From Nemertoderma westbladi (taxonomy: Eukaryota; Animalia; Xenacoelomorpha), in the NCBI GenBank assembly GCA_032718475.1, contig JAUCBJ010002030.1, positions 8,422 through 72,421 on the forward strand: 64,000 nt of DNA, given 5' to 3'. Shown piece after piece: positions 13,302 through 23,400 of the stretch (positions are counted from its first letter, which is position 1; each line of letters begins with the position of its first letter). A model generated the notes under the pieces. It saw only the letters and a program-made list of their open reading frames with translations, had not been told where the DNA came from and did no database searches. The translations under genes and the position numbers were made by a program.

Positions 13302-15200
13302 TAATGCGAAGAGACAGTAACAATACCTGCAATATCCTACTGTAAAGTTTGTGAATCAAATCATAAATCCGACCTTCTCACCAAACAGTAAACTCTAAGT
13401 AAGCGAATATATTGCAGTATCGATCTCTTATAACCGGTGAGGCAGAAAACAGTCTACGAGCAGACAAACTTCGATAAAACAAAATCCCGCGCAGCGAATC
13501 CTAAAATCAGGCTGACTCACTGACGGACTAAAGGGCTCGTATACTTTGCCGCGGTGTGATTTATATGGTTGGGCAAAGAGACGCTAGCTAGGTACAGAGG
13601 CAGAGATTTGGAGATGTCTAACTAGCGGGCAAAACACAGTAAGGACGAAAGTTAATTTTATATATTTTGAGGTGTAAATAATTTCTAACGCGCGTGTGTT
13701 AATTCTGAACGGTCAAAAGCAGTTTTGCTCCTTCACATGTATAATTACTGGGTACGGTGTGCATTTTACGAATATTCTAATTTTGTAACTTGTAGGTCCA
13801 ATACTCACGAATGATAAGGTTCCTTCCCCTCTTGCGTATTTCCAGGACTCAAATTCAGGCATAAGGTTAATGCTACGCCCAGAATTCGGCAATTTTAATT
13901 TACCAGGTCCCTAATACTAAGAAGAAATGTGTTAGTTTACTACAGTAGGCGTACGGTTACGAATAGCTATCCTGGCTCTTATCTAGAATTTTAGTCACCT
14001 AGGTAGGCTGGGTAACTTCCTATCAGGACGTTGGCGGGGACACGGTAGATGTTAGTATATCCCTAATAGCCTCAATTTATTTGCGCCTAGTTGTAAACTG
14101 CCCTACCGCCTGAATGGTACAATCCCAATTCAGGTGAAACACAGCAACCCTCCTAGCCTACAAGTTCTAATGCAATGGACACCGTTGTACTGCAAATAGT
14201 CGCAAACGCACCTGTACTTAGCAAGAGTTAGGCGTACAGTTTGCTGCACCCTACCAATGTGTATGCTTCGTACCGGCGTGCCTACGTCCTATCTGCGTAC
14301 TAGTATCTGCCTGCTCTCTCCCTCCCCCGTAGGAATATGAAGGTCTACTGTGGTTCTTTCCTGAATCAAGACAGTACAGTCCCTAAGATGTAATTTTAGG
14401 CTCACAGCGTGTCACTACTTCTACCTTTGATCTTTGGTCTTACGCTTAGGTAGCAAGGCGTCGAACGCTGTCTAACCTTTCAGGCGATGGGCGAATAACT
14501 AAGGTGGTATTGCGGGTTGTCTCCTGTCTACATTCCCTTGATGTTCCCGTTCATTGCTGCGGCCCGATCTCTAGCCGGCCATCCTGTTCCTAAGAGTGTT
14601 CACCGTAGTGAATCATGGTGAAAAGAAAAGCAGATAGCGGTATTTCTGAATTTATTGCAGATAATAATACAAAATGTAATCTGAAAACTAATGACAGAAT
14701 AAACAAGATTGAGTAACTAATAAGATTAGATAGATTGCACTGAGATTGATAACTAATGAACAAATCGCACCTTTATATAGCAAATTTGTGCTGCAATCAA
14801 TCGAGAAAATTCTCGATTGTTCTATAGGTTCTAACAGGTTTTTAAAGATAGCTATTGGTCCAGCTAATATATAACTTGCACGACATTGGATACAATCTAA
14901 TAACTGCAGTCTCATTGGTTAATCTAGGTACAAACAAATGCAATTTAATTTGTAGCGGTTAATTTAAATGAGTTGAAATTCTGTACAAAAAATAATTAGC
15001 ACTTACTAGGATTCGAACTCAATACCTACTACACATATAATTTCCAACGCTCTACCGACTGAGCTACTGAACCACTTGACTAAACGTCGTACAATAGATA
15101 TAATAAATACAAATGAGGACTCAAAGTAATCTTTTACAAAGTTAATTCGAATAAAATAAAATTTTGAAAATCCACGGCATTTAGGGAATATAATTCTATA
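13302..15200 (-). repeat. E1 3' LTR (1899 bp; sense termini TATA...ATTA)
   Basis: Direct repeat of 29884-32706 once the insert is removed. Confidence 0.95.
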
Positions 15201-15207
15201 CCGCTCC
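15201..15207 (-). promoter_or_regulatory. E1 polypurine tract (GGAGCGG) abutting the 3' LTR
   Basis: Same GGAGCGG sequence abuts the E2 3' LTR. Confidence 0.7.
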
Positions 15208-15379
15208 ATGAAAACAGGATATTATCGTGCATAAAATATACGGTTTTCACCAATAATCAATCAAACTATAGAATACTTAGGGCGTACTTACATATTTACA
15301 ATTAAATTTTAAACAATACTTCCTTTCTACATAATGATTCGATACAAAATAATTACAAATTCAAACTTTACGTAGTTAA

Positions 15380-16085
15380 GGCTTTACTAAGTAAGTACAA
15401 TATAAATCTAAATTAAATTCACCAATATAAATCTATTGCATCTCAATATTGCATAAATTCATACAATTACAAATACAAATAAATGAAAATCATAAGAAAG
15501 GCTCGCGAGTCTTCCATCTACTATTGCATCTCAAATATTGCATAAATTCAAATAATTACGAATACTTACGTGCCTAAATGTAGATTGCATAAGTTCGGAA
15601 TAATTACAAATATGAGTCTTTCTAAGCACAAAACTTTCTAACTATAAAACTTTCTAAATACAAAATATAACACTTTACAAATGAAACTATAAGAAAGGCC
15701 CACGAGTCTTCCATCTACTCTTACTTTCTATTTCACTGTAAATACAAATACTGCTTATAAGATATAAATTGCATAGTATTCGGAACAATATAAATTGCAT
15801 AAGTTCGGAATAATCACAAATATAAAATATAAATTCTTACTAAATATAAATCTTTACTAAATATAAATATAAACTGCATAAGTTTAGAATAATATAAACT
15901 CCTTTACATCTCAAATATGAAACATAAATCTTTCAAATATAAGTTCCTTCTAAATATAAACTTTCTAAATTTCATAAATTCGGAACAATACAAATTGTAT
16001 AAGTTCGGATAAATATAAAATATATAACTCAAATAAATCACAAATTCACAAGAAAGGCTCACGAGTCTTCTGTCCACCCTTGCCC
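15380..16085 (-). repeat. E1 3' untranslated region of degenerate AT-rich tandem repeats, containing three stem-loop motif copies
   Basis: Recurrent TTGCATAAGTTCGGAA / AAATATAAA units; AGAAAGGCTCGCGAGTCTTCC-like copies at 15496, 15693 and 16052. Confidence 0.7.
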
Positions 16086-16089
16086 TCCT

Positions 16090-19000
16090 TTATCGCTTAG
16101 TTGATCGAGCCCTGCCGCGTCCTCGAAAACTGCGCACAGGTGACTTTGCTCGCGATATGGGACTTGTGGGGCGAGTCACTGGTTTCGTTTGGACGTTGAG
16201 AGACGGTGCGACTATTTCCTCGCAAATTCGTCTATTTGGCATCCCAAAACCTCGACCGATTCCTCGTGACCGATCAGTTGTCACTACAGTTGGTAGAACG
16301 TCTGGGAACGCGCGAGAAGCGGACGACACAGACCCAAGAGTAGCTTGCGCCCCCTTTTGATCAGCTGGTGTATGTCCCGATCCTCCTGTTGGTTCTCTAG
16401 GAAGCGATACCGTATCCCGAGTAATTCGAATGGTCGGCTCGACTCCCTTGCGTTCTTCTATATTAATAGACTTCTTTAACTGTTGGCCCACTTTCTGGAC
16501 CCGTATGATCCTACCCTGTCCGTCCTCCCGAGGGTGACGTGCAGACGGCGCAACCGGAGTGGCTGGTATATTTGTCGCCTCTAGGACCTCCTCTTCCTCG
16601 AATACGCTCGCTCGTATACGTTTATGGTAAAACGCGGCTCGGTACGCCCATGCGACGGTTAACCAAGCTCCTTTATTCCGCTTTTCAGTTCGGAAACGAT
16701 CGAATTCACCATACGTGATACGATTTACGACTTTCTGAAAATTCCACGTGTTTTTGTTATCCGGGTGAATCTGTAGTAGATACTCGCGCACTACTCGGAA
16801 TCCACTGTCGTGGGGCAAAATATCGACTACCTCGATAAGTTCGTCATATTGGGGCATAGCGGAGATATATCCTTCCGACATCATCGTTTGGGGATTTACC
16901 GCCCAAAATCCAAGATGCGCCCTCATCGGAAATCGTCTTCTTTGTGCCGATACATGTTCGTCGGCTAAATCTTCCCACTCATCAAATAATTTTCTCACGA
17001 GTTTTACAGATTCGTGTTCATAAGGTATGTCTCTTAGTTGGCATTCAGATGCTCGATGTCCCTTTATATTGCAATAAGTACATTGAGCCATAAATCTCCA
17101 GCAAGTATAAAAGGTATGAGACCCTTGATCTCCACACCATCCACAGATTAGCTGAGTCGTAGTAATGTGCTTTCCACTGCACTTGGTCATATGATGTCCA
17201 GCGACGCCACATTTACCACACATCGTATTGGCAGGGTACCACACTCGTTCGTATATAAGATCTCCAATCGGTCGAGCGCTTCCGCCCACACTATAATCGT
17301 AATCATCTGGATCTATGGGTTGGTAGGTTTCTGAAGGTTGTATACAAACTATAGCATCTGTTGCTTCAAGTTGTCGAATCTCCGTCTGAGATTTCTTCGG
17401 GAGGTTCCTTTCTATCTCAAGAAGTTCCTCTAAAGGATCGTCAGCGATCGTAGTAGTTACTTCGAAATCATCACCAAGGTGACCGATAGGCGCGCGCGTC
17501 TGCCGTGATTCATCCGTAATCTCCACGATACGTTCTCCTTCATAGGGTAACAATGTAAACATAGATGGTCTTTCGATAAGAGATCCCGCACAGCGAAGAT
17601 ACACGTCTCGAAATATACTAAATCCTGCTCGAGTAAAGGCATTACACTGAGCGTCGGAGTTGTAGAAGGGTTCAAGGAATCGTCTAAACACATCGGTATG
17701 AATTCTCCCTTCCATGTAGAACGTATGATCTTCTCCGAGACAAAGTGGATGTCTTTTGAGAGTCCGAGACACAATGTCGGCGATTAGGCAAACATTCACT
17801 GACGACTCTATTGCTAAATAATATTGTAAGACCGCTCTTGGAGGTGACGTAATAGCCCAATACACGCATCCTCTCCATTTAAGCTGTGATTCAAACTCAC
17901 TCATATCTGGAGTATCACCTTCTCCATAAGTCTCAATATACTTGTTTCTCTTACTTTCCTTATAATCCCAATTGAATAACAGGTAGGAAATGTATCCAGT
18001 TCCAGTCTTCTGAGTATTATACTCACGAAAATATCCCTGTTCTATAGACCACAAAATAAGAGGTTGAGTGTCGACGTAAGGTGTCGGTAGTCGGTCATCG
18101 CTGTCCGTCATGCCGGCGAAGTCGCTAATTAAGTCCTCCCTTACTCCTGATCCAATCTTTACAACAGTTTTATCTAAAATGATGTTTCTTACCATCTTCG
18201 GTAGCATTCTAGCGTCGATATTACAAGCTTGGTCCATCTTCTTTACTATGTCGGTGATAAGATGGTGTCGCTTTGTATTCGCTGGAGGTATCGGCATTCG
18301 TTTGTCGCTCCTCTGTCTACTGAAAACGTGCAGGACTCCGTCCGCCGCTCTAATTTGTATAGTCTTAGAAGTCAAACTCTGCTGATGACTGCCGCCCTCG
18401 TTATCGTAAAACATGTAACCATTTTCATGAAACGATCTAAACGTCCTATTCCATTCATCCAACAATTCTTCCGAAGGTTGCCAAATCTTCTCTATGTCCT
18501 TATCATCTTCGAAACGAATAACCTTACCTCGCCAATCCGCGGCAATATCTGTATCCGACTCGAAGGTTCCGGTTCCAATCCATAAACGAATCGTCTTGGT
18601 TAAATATCCTTTCAGATTACTCGGAGCTATATCGGCACCAGCTCTATCCAGTTCCTTAAAGTCTTGAATATGAGGTGGAACGTTGTACACGACCTTTTGA
18701 GTAATATGTCTACGTAAATCATATATCTTACTCATATCGCTGAAAACAACTGCAGGAAGAAACTCCAAGTTTGAAATGATTTCTGGATGATCCACGATGG
18801 GTATTTCGTACGTCGTATCCTGTCGGACTGGTATACTAATAGGAAAATTGAGTGTCGTACTCAATGGTTTCGTAGTTAAAGTACTATATGGTTGCATTTC
18901 TCTTGTCCTCTCCGGGGATGCAATCTGTAGTCTCTGAATAACGTTTTGAGCAAAGTTTATGCTCTCGAAAACTTCCGGTGTCATCTCCTTAGCTGGAGTT

Positions 19001-19815
19001 TGATCGTGTGACGTCCAATGGCAAGGTAGGCTCGCGAGTCTTCCGCCCCATTCTTCCATCTCACCTTTCTCGAAAGCCTTGTAGGCTCTGTATAGGCTAA
19101 GAGCTTCTTTCTTTTCGCGGGTTGACTGATTTGCCTCGTCCAGCGTAAGTTCAAATACATCGGGATCAACAACCTTAGGTGGGTAAATGACAGTTTCTCC
19201 CGCCTTTGGTCCGGTCATAGCAAATGAATGATATGGATTCGATAAAGGATACCCTCCTTCCTGGTAGCGTAGTTGTTGATGGTTCGAACACCTCGCCAAT
19301 ATCGGTTCGGGATTTTCCTTATTCAAATGCATCGGAATCGCATTTCGTTGTTCGCGCATACAAGAACCGCATTGATAATAAAGTTTATAAACTGAAAATG
19401 CTTCCTTGGTTTCTCTATCGTCCCCTCGAGTTCGTCTGTAAAGATGCATTCCATCGAATTCATCTCTTACCGCGGGCATAGGTTCGTGCGCCTTTAGGTA
19501 TTGCATGGTATGATACAAACGACTAATTTCAGTATCGGGGTCTTCGCTAATGTCTCCCGTATCACACAAAGCGTCGTACGGGTAAAGTTCATTGAAGGTT
19601 TTGCGCAAACTTTCGATTCTTTCGTTTAATGCATTTTGTCTTCTCTTTAATACGTTCGAGTCATATTTAGTTCTCGCGAGTTTCGCTGTACTTTCCGATA
19701 ATTCCTTTATACCGAATATAGTGTAGTCCTTGGCTCCAAATCTTTCAAATGGCGCTGCTGCCTCCTCTTGGATATCATATCCCCATCTCGGCTCTCCCTG
19801 TATCACTTTCTCCAT
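16090..19815 (-). CDS. E1 ORF3 (~1241 aa from the first ATG): unassigned N-terminal Cys/His domain + DEDDy 3'-5' exonuclease-like domain + 3 CCHC zinc knuckles + basic tail
   Basis: Intact ORF. ExoI-like FYDNEG followed by TIQIRAADG; LPKMVRNIILDKTVVKIGSGVREDL (ExoII); YVDTQ; W...P...QYYLAIE (ExoIII-like). Knuckles CGKCGVAGHHMTKC, CGWCGDQGSHTFYTC, CTYCNIKGHRASEC. Confidence 0.85.
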   Translation of the reverse strand: MEKVIQGEPRWGYDIQEEAAAPFERFGAKDYTIFGIKELSESTAKLARTKYDSNVLKRRQNALNERIESLRKTFNELYPYDALCDTGDISEDPDTEISRLYHTMQYLKAHEPMPAVRDEFDGMHLYRRTRGDDRETKEAFSVYKLYYQCGSCMREQRNAIPMHLNKENPEPILARCSNHQQLRYQEGGYPLSNPYHSFAMTGPKAGETVIYPPKVVDPDVFELTLDEANQSTREKKEALSLYRAYKAFEKGEMEEWGGRLASLPCHWTSHDQTPAKEMTPEVFESINFAQNVIQRLQIASPERTREMQPYSTLTTKPLSTTLNFPISIPVRQDTTYEIPIVDHPEIISNLEFLPAVVFSDMSKIYDLRRHITQKVVYNVPPHIQDFKELDRAGADIAPSNLKGYLTKTIRLWIGTGTFESDTDIAADWRGKVIRFEDDKDIEKIWQPSEELLDEWNRTFRSFHENGYMFYDNEGGSHQQSLTSKTIQIRAADGVLHVFSRQRSDKRMPIPPANTKRHHLITDIVKKMDQACNIDARMLPKMVRNIILDKTVVKIGSGVREDLISDFAGMTDSDDRLPTPYVDTQPLILWSIEQGYFREYNTQKTGTGYISYLLFNWDYKESKRNKYIETYGEGDTPDMSEFESQLKWRGCVYWAITSPPRAVLQYYLAIESSVNVCLIADIVSRTLKRHPLCLGEDHTFYMEGRIHTDVFRRFLEPFYNSDAQCNAFTRAGFSIFRDVYLRCAGSLIERPSMFTLLPYEGERIVEITDESRQTRAPIGHLGDDFEVTTTIADDPLEELLEIERNLPKKSQTEIRQLEATDAIVCIQPSETYQPIDPDDYDYSVGGSARPIGDLIYERVWYPANTMCGKCGVAGHHMTKCSGKHITTTQLICGWCGDQGSHTFYTCWRFMAQCTYCNIKGHRASECQLRDIPYEHESVKLVRKLFDEWEDLADEHVSAQRRRFPMRAHLGFWAVNPQTMMSEGYISAMPQYDELIEVVDILPHDSGFRVVREYLLQIHPDNKNTWNFQKVVNRITYGEFDRFRTEKRNKGAWLTVAWAYRAAFYHKRIRASVFEEEEVLEATNIPATPVAPSARHPREDGQGRIIRVQKVGQQLKKSINIEERKGVEPTIRITRDTVSLPREPTGGSGHTPADQKGAQATLGSVSSASRAFPDVLPTVVTTDRSRGIGRGFGMPNRRICEEIVAPSLNVQTKPVTRPTSPISRAKSPVRSFRGRGRARSTKR

Positions 19816-20478
19816 AATTAGGGGTGTAGTTACATAATCATTACTACTAGAGGGAATACAACAGAGTTTTGTAGTTAGTTGTGAGGAGACGTGAGAGTTT
19901 CGTCTGCCCTTTGGGCTCGACAACGCTCTAACCTCCTACCCATAGCCTAAGATCTAGGGTTTCTTTAATGACACGCTGCTTCTTATCTAAAATTTTTTGC
20001 CGAAATAAAAACGAATTTGGGCTAAACTGGCTGTGAGTCTAAAATACTCACTTTTTGATCCCAAACTATTATCAGAAAATAAGCAATCAAGAATTAGTAA
20101 TAAATATAGGGGAGTCTATTTATTGACGTAACTTATTGAAACAAGACCGTGTAAAATTTTAATTAAAAATTTAAGAAAGGCTCGCAAGTCTTCCTCTCTT
20201 GTTTCTCTAATTTTAAGTTCCACCCGACTGTACCCTGAAATCTATTCACTGGAGAAAATTTTAAAAATTTTTCAAATCCAAATGGATTGTCTAAAATTTC
20301 GAAAATGTCTCAATATTGTGAGTTCCAAGTAGAATTCCATTTCTTATACCTACAAATCCCGCTCCTATGTGACACATAAGGGTACCACCCTCAATGTTCA
20401 CATATAAAGACAATGGAATTCTACCGCTGTCCTTACTATGGTGTACAGGTACGTGGAAATCTATTTGTAAACTCCTAA

Positions 20479-23400
20479 TTATTTACTAATATTAGGTGGA
20501 GATTTGTAGTCTCCAGAATCGTTACGAGTCTCTTCAAGAAGTACGAGACGTTGAGTCGGTCTGTCTACTGTACGACCGTCAATTGTCCGTACCGTCACAG
20601 TTCTTGTCACTCCATCCATAGATGGATGTGTGTCTAAAATTACACCTGTTATCCAGAAGCGTCTTTTTAGATTCACTTCCGCTAACAGCACGTGATCTCC
20701 CGGCTTTAATGCGCGGGTGTTATTGTACCAAGTTGTTCTGGCAGAAATAGAGGGCAAATAATGGTTTTGCCATATTTCCCAGAATTTGTTAGCTAGTAGT
20801 TGCGTGATTTTCCACGCCTTTCTACCGTAGCTATCGCTTTCTATTGGAATAGAAATAGGCGTCAATGTGGTCGGTGCCTGCATTAGCAGGTGTGCCGGTG
20901 TCAAAGCAAACTGAGATTGTTTGTCATCGGGTACTAATACTATTGGTCTAGTATTTAGTATTGCCTCGATTTCAACAAACAATGTTGTCAGTTGGTCGTC
21001 TGTCAATATGTGGTTTACTAGAATGACCTTTGCCATGGCTGTCTTTATAGATCTAATCAATCTCTCCCAGACTCCGCCTCTCCATGGACTATCTGGAGGA
21101 TTAAACTTCCAAACAATCTTGTAAGGACGTAGTTCGTTTGAGATTTGATCATGATCTAATTTCTTAAAGGCTCTAGCAATCTCATTCCGAGCACCAACAA
21201 AGTTTGTCCCTTGGTCTGAGTACAAGCATTTCACTAGTCCGCGTCTAGCGATAAATCGCCGCAATGCTAGTATAAACGCGTTGGTGGAAAGATCCATCAC
21301 ACGTTCAATATGAACTGCCCTACTGGACATACATGTGAAAATCAGTCCCCAGCGTTTTACTAGTATACGTCCACGTTTCGTATGTATGGGACCAAAGCAA
21401 TCAATTCCAGTCTCTGTAAAAGGTGGTCTGAATGCTTGAAGTCGTGCTTGTGGAAGTTCACTCATTTCTTGGGTACCTATTCTAGAATGTACCTTTTTAC
21501 AAATAATACACGTACGTGTCACTGAACTTAATGCTTTACTGGGTCTAATTAATACAAATCTTGTACGTAAGTAGGAAAGACAGTGGTGTCTTCCAGCGTG
21601 TTTCAGATGTAAATGTGCGTCCAGTATCATTGCACGTTGTAGTTCGTGATGCTGCGGTATTATTATTGGGTATCTAAAGTTTGTGTTAAAGTCAATGTTT
21701 TGAAGCCGAGATTTATGACAAATTAAGCCATTATAAATAATCGGACTCCAACTCAGTATTGGTGACGACTTGATTGGTTGACCTTGATTTATAGATGTGA
21801 ATTCGCGTGCGAAATATCGCAGTTGGTAATGGCGAATTAATTTAATTTCACACCTGTCAATCTCAGCCAATGTAAGTCGACGTGTAAAGTCTCGTTTGCC
21901 TTTAACGTATTGTACAAAACGTACAATCCACGCTAATTTTCGGCAAGCGTTTGTCCAAGAGTCTGTTAAGTTTACAATACGGTCGACGTGAGTATTTGTG
22001 ACGTCATCAGGTAAGTCAATGGAGATTTTGGAAGGTTTTGATTTACTAGAAGGGCCCACGGGTCCGCCGGTAAGTATTCCCTTGTTGACTGTTGATCCGT
22101 CCGGGTCTACAAGTAATTTGTCCTTCTTCGTCTTCTTACCTTGATTGTCAGTACTTTGTAAGTCGATCGTTAATGGTGGTTTGAACTCTATGGGGTCACT
22201 GGGTTTCGGTAAACTTATTTTTCTGCCGACATTAATCCCAGGTCTTACCATAGGTTGCAAGTTTGGTATGTCTCTTGAGCGCAAAGTAACACCTGTATTT
22301 ACATTAGCGTAGGTACTACCCACATCTGTAATACATGAGGTTTCACCGTGCTTACGGTTGCTCAAGTGTGTCAAATTTGGTAGTTTGTCAATACAAGGCC
22401 GCTCCAATAGAGAAACTGCGGCTTCACTATTTGTCAGTATGTCACTAGTGTCTGGTAGAACATTTTGTGATATGTCTGGCAAAATGTCTGGTTGGCTGTC
22501 TAGTAACGTGTCTAGTTGACCGTCTGGCGATATGTCTGGTGTAGAAAGGCTCGCAAGTCTTCCTCTCTTGACCTTTGAAGTTATATCTTTCCATTTCGCC
22601 TTCGGTTTTTTCTTGAGTTTAGCCGCCGTCTTTTTCTTTGCTTTCCCTTTCTTTGGTTTTTTGATTTCCGCGTCTTTAGGGATAGTGTTAGACTTGTTGT
22701 CATATAGTGGTGGCCAATTTAGTGTTGATCTTTGTAAGAATTGTGGTCCGTGTTGCCAAAATTCTTTGTTCTCCGGTTTACAGAATTCCTCAGGCATCAT
22801 TCCTCTTGACGCAATATCGGCTGGGTTTTGTGGTCCGGGACAATGTCTCCAATCTTCTTTTATTGAACGGTCTAGAATTTCCGCGCGACGGTTAGCTACG
22901 AATGTCTTGAATTCAAGTGTGTCGTTGTTTATGTAAAATAAAACCAACGTCGCGTCAGTCCAATAAAATATCTGTAAACTTGACTGTAGTTCTGTCTGTA
23001 TAAGGTTCACAATTGTGGTTGACAGTGTTGCGGCTTGTAGCTCAGCTCGTGGTGTCGTCATATACTTAGTAGGCATTGTTTTTGCCTTAGAAGTAATGAG
23101 CGAAACATCGAATTCTTCTGAGTCTACTTGTCTGCGCAAGTACGCTGCCACACCAAAACCGTTGTCACTGGCGTCCGAAAAACAATGTAATTCCAAGTTG
23201 TCAGGAAATGTTGTTTGTAATGGAAAGTAGACTCTGGGTATGGAATAATCCTCTAGCGAAGATAATTCTGCCTCCCAGGTCTTCCATAAGTCCACTTGGT
23301 CTGATGAGATCGGCTCGTCCCATGTCAGTCCATCCTTCCAAATACTGCGCATATAAATGCGGGCTTGCAGTATTATTGGACTGATGAATCCTAATGGATC

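Noticed and set aside
14688-14915. Identical 75-aa ORF also at 31270-31497 (and similar ORFs in the E2 LTRs)
   Set aside because: Duplicated only because it lies inside LTRs; no coding features
15498-15516. Dispersed motif read as a tRNA PBS (sense TGGAAGACTCGCGAGCCT)
   Set aside because: Only two copies start with TGG, they lie far from the 5' LTR, and the complement lacks T-arm features of a tRNA 3' end
16090-19923. ORF3 as an envelope gene
   Set aside because: No evident signal peptide or C-terminal transmembrane segment; the motifs point to a nucleic-acid enzyme
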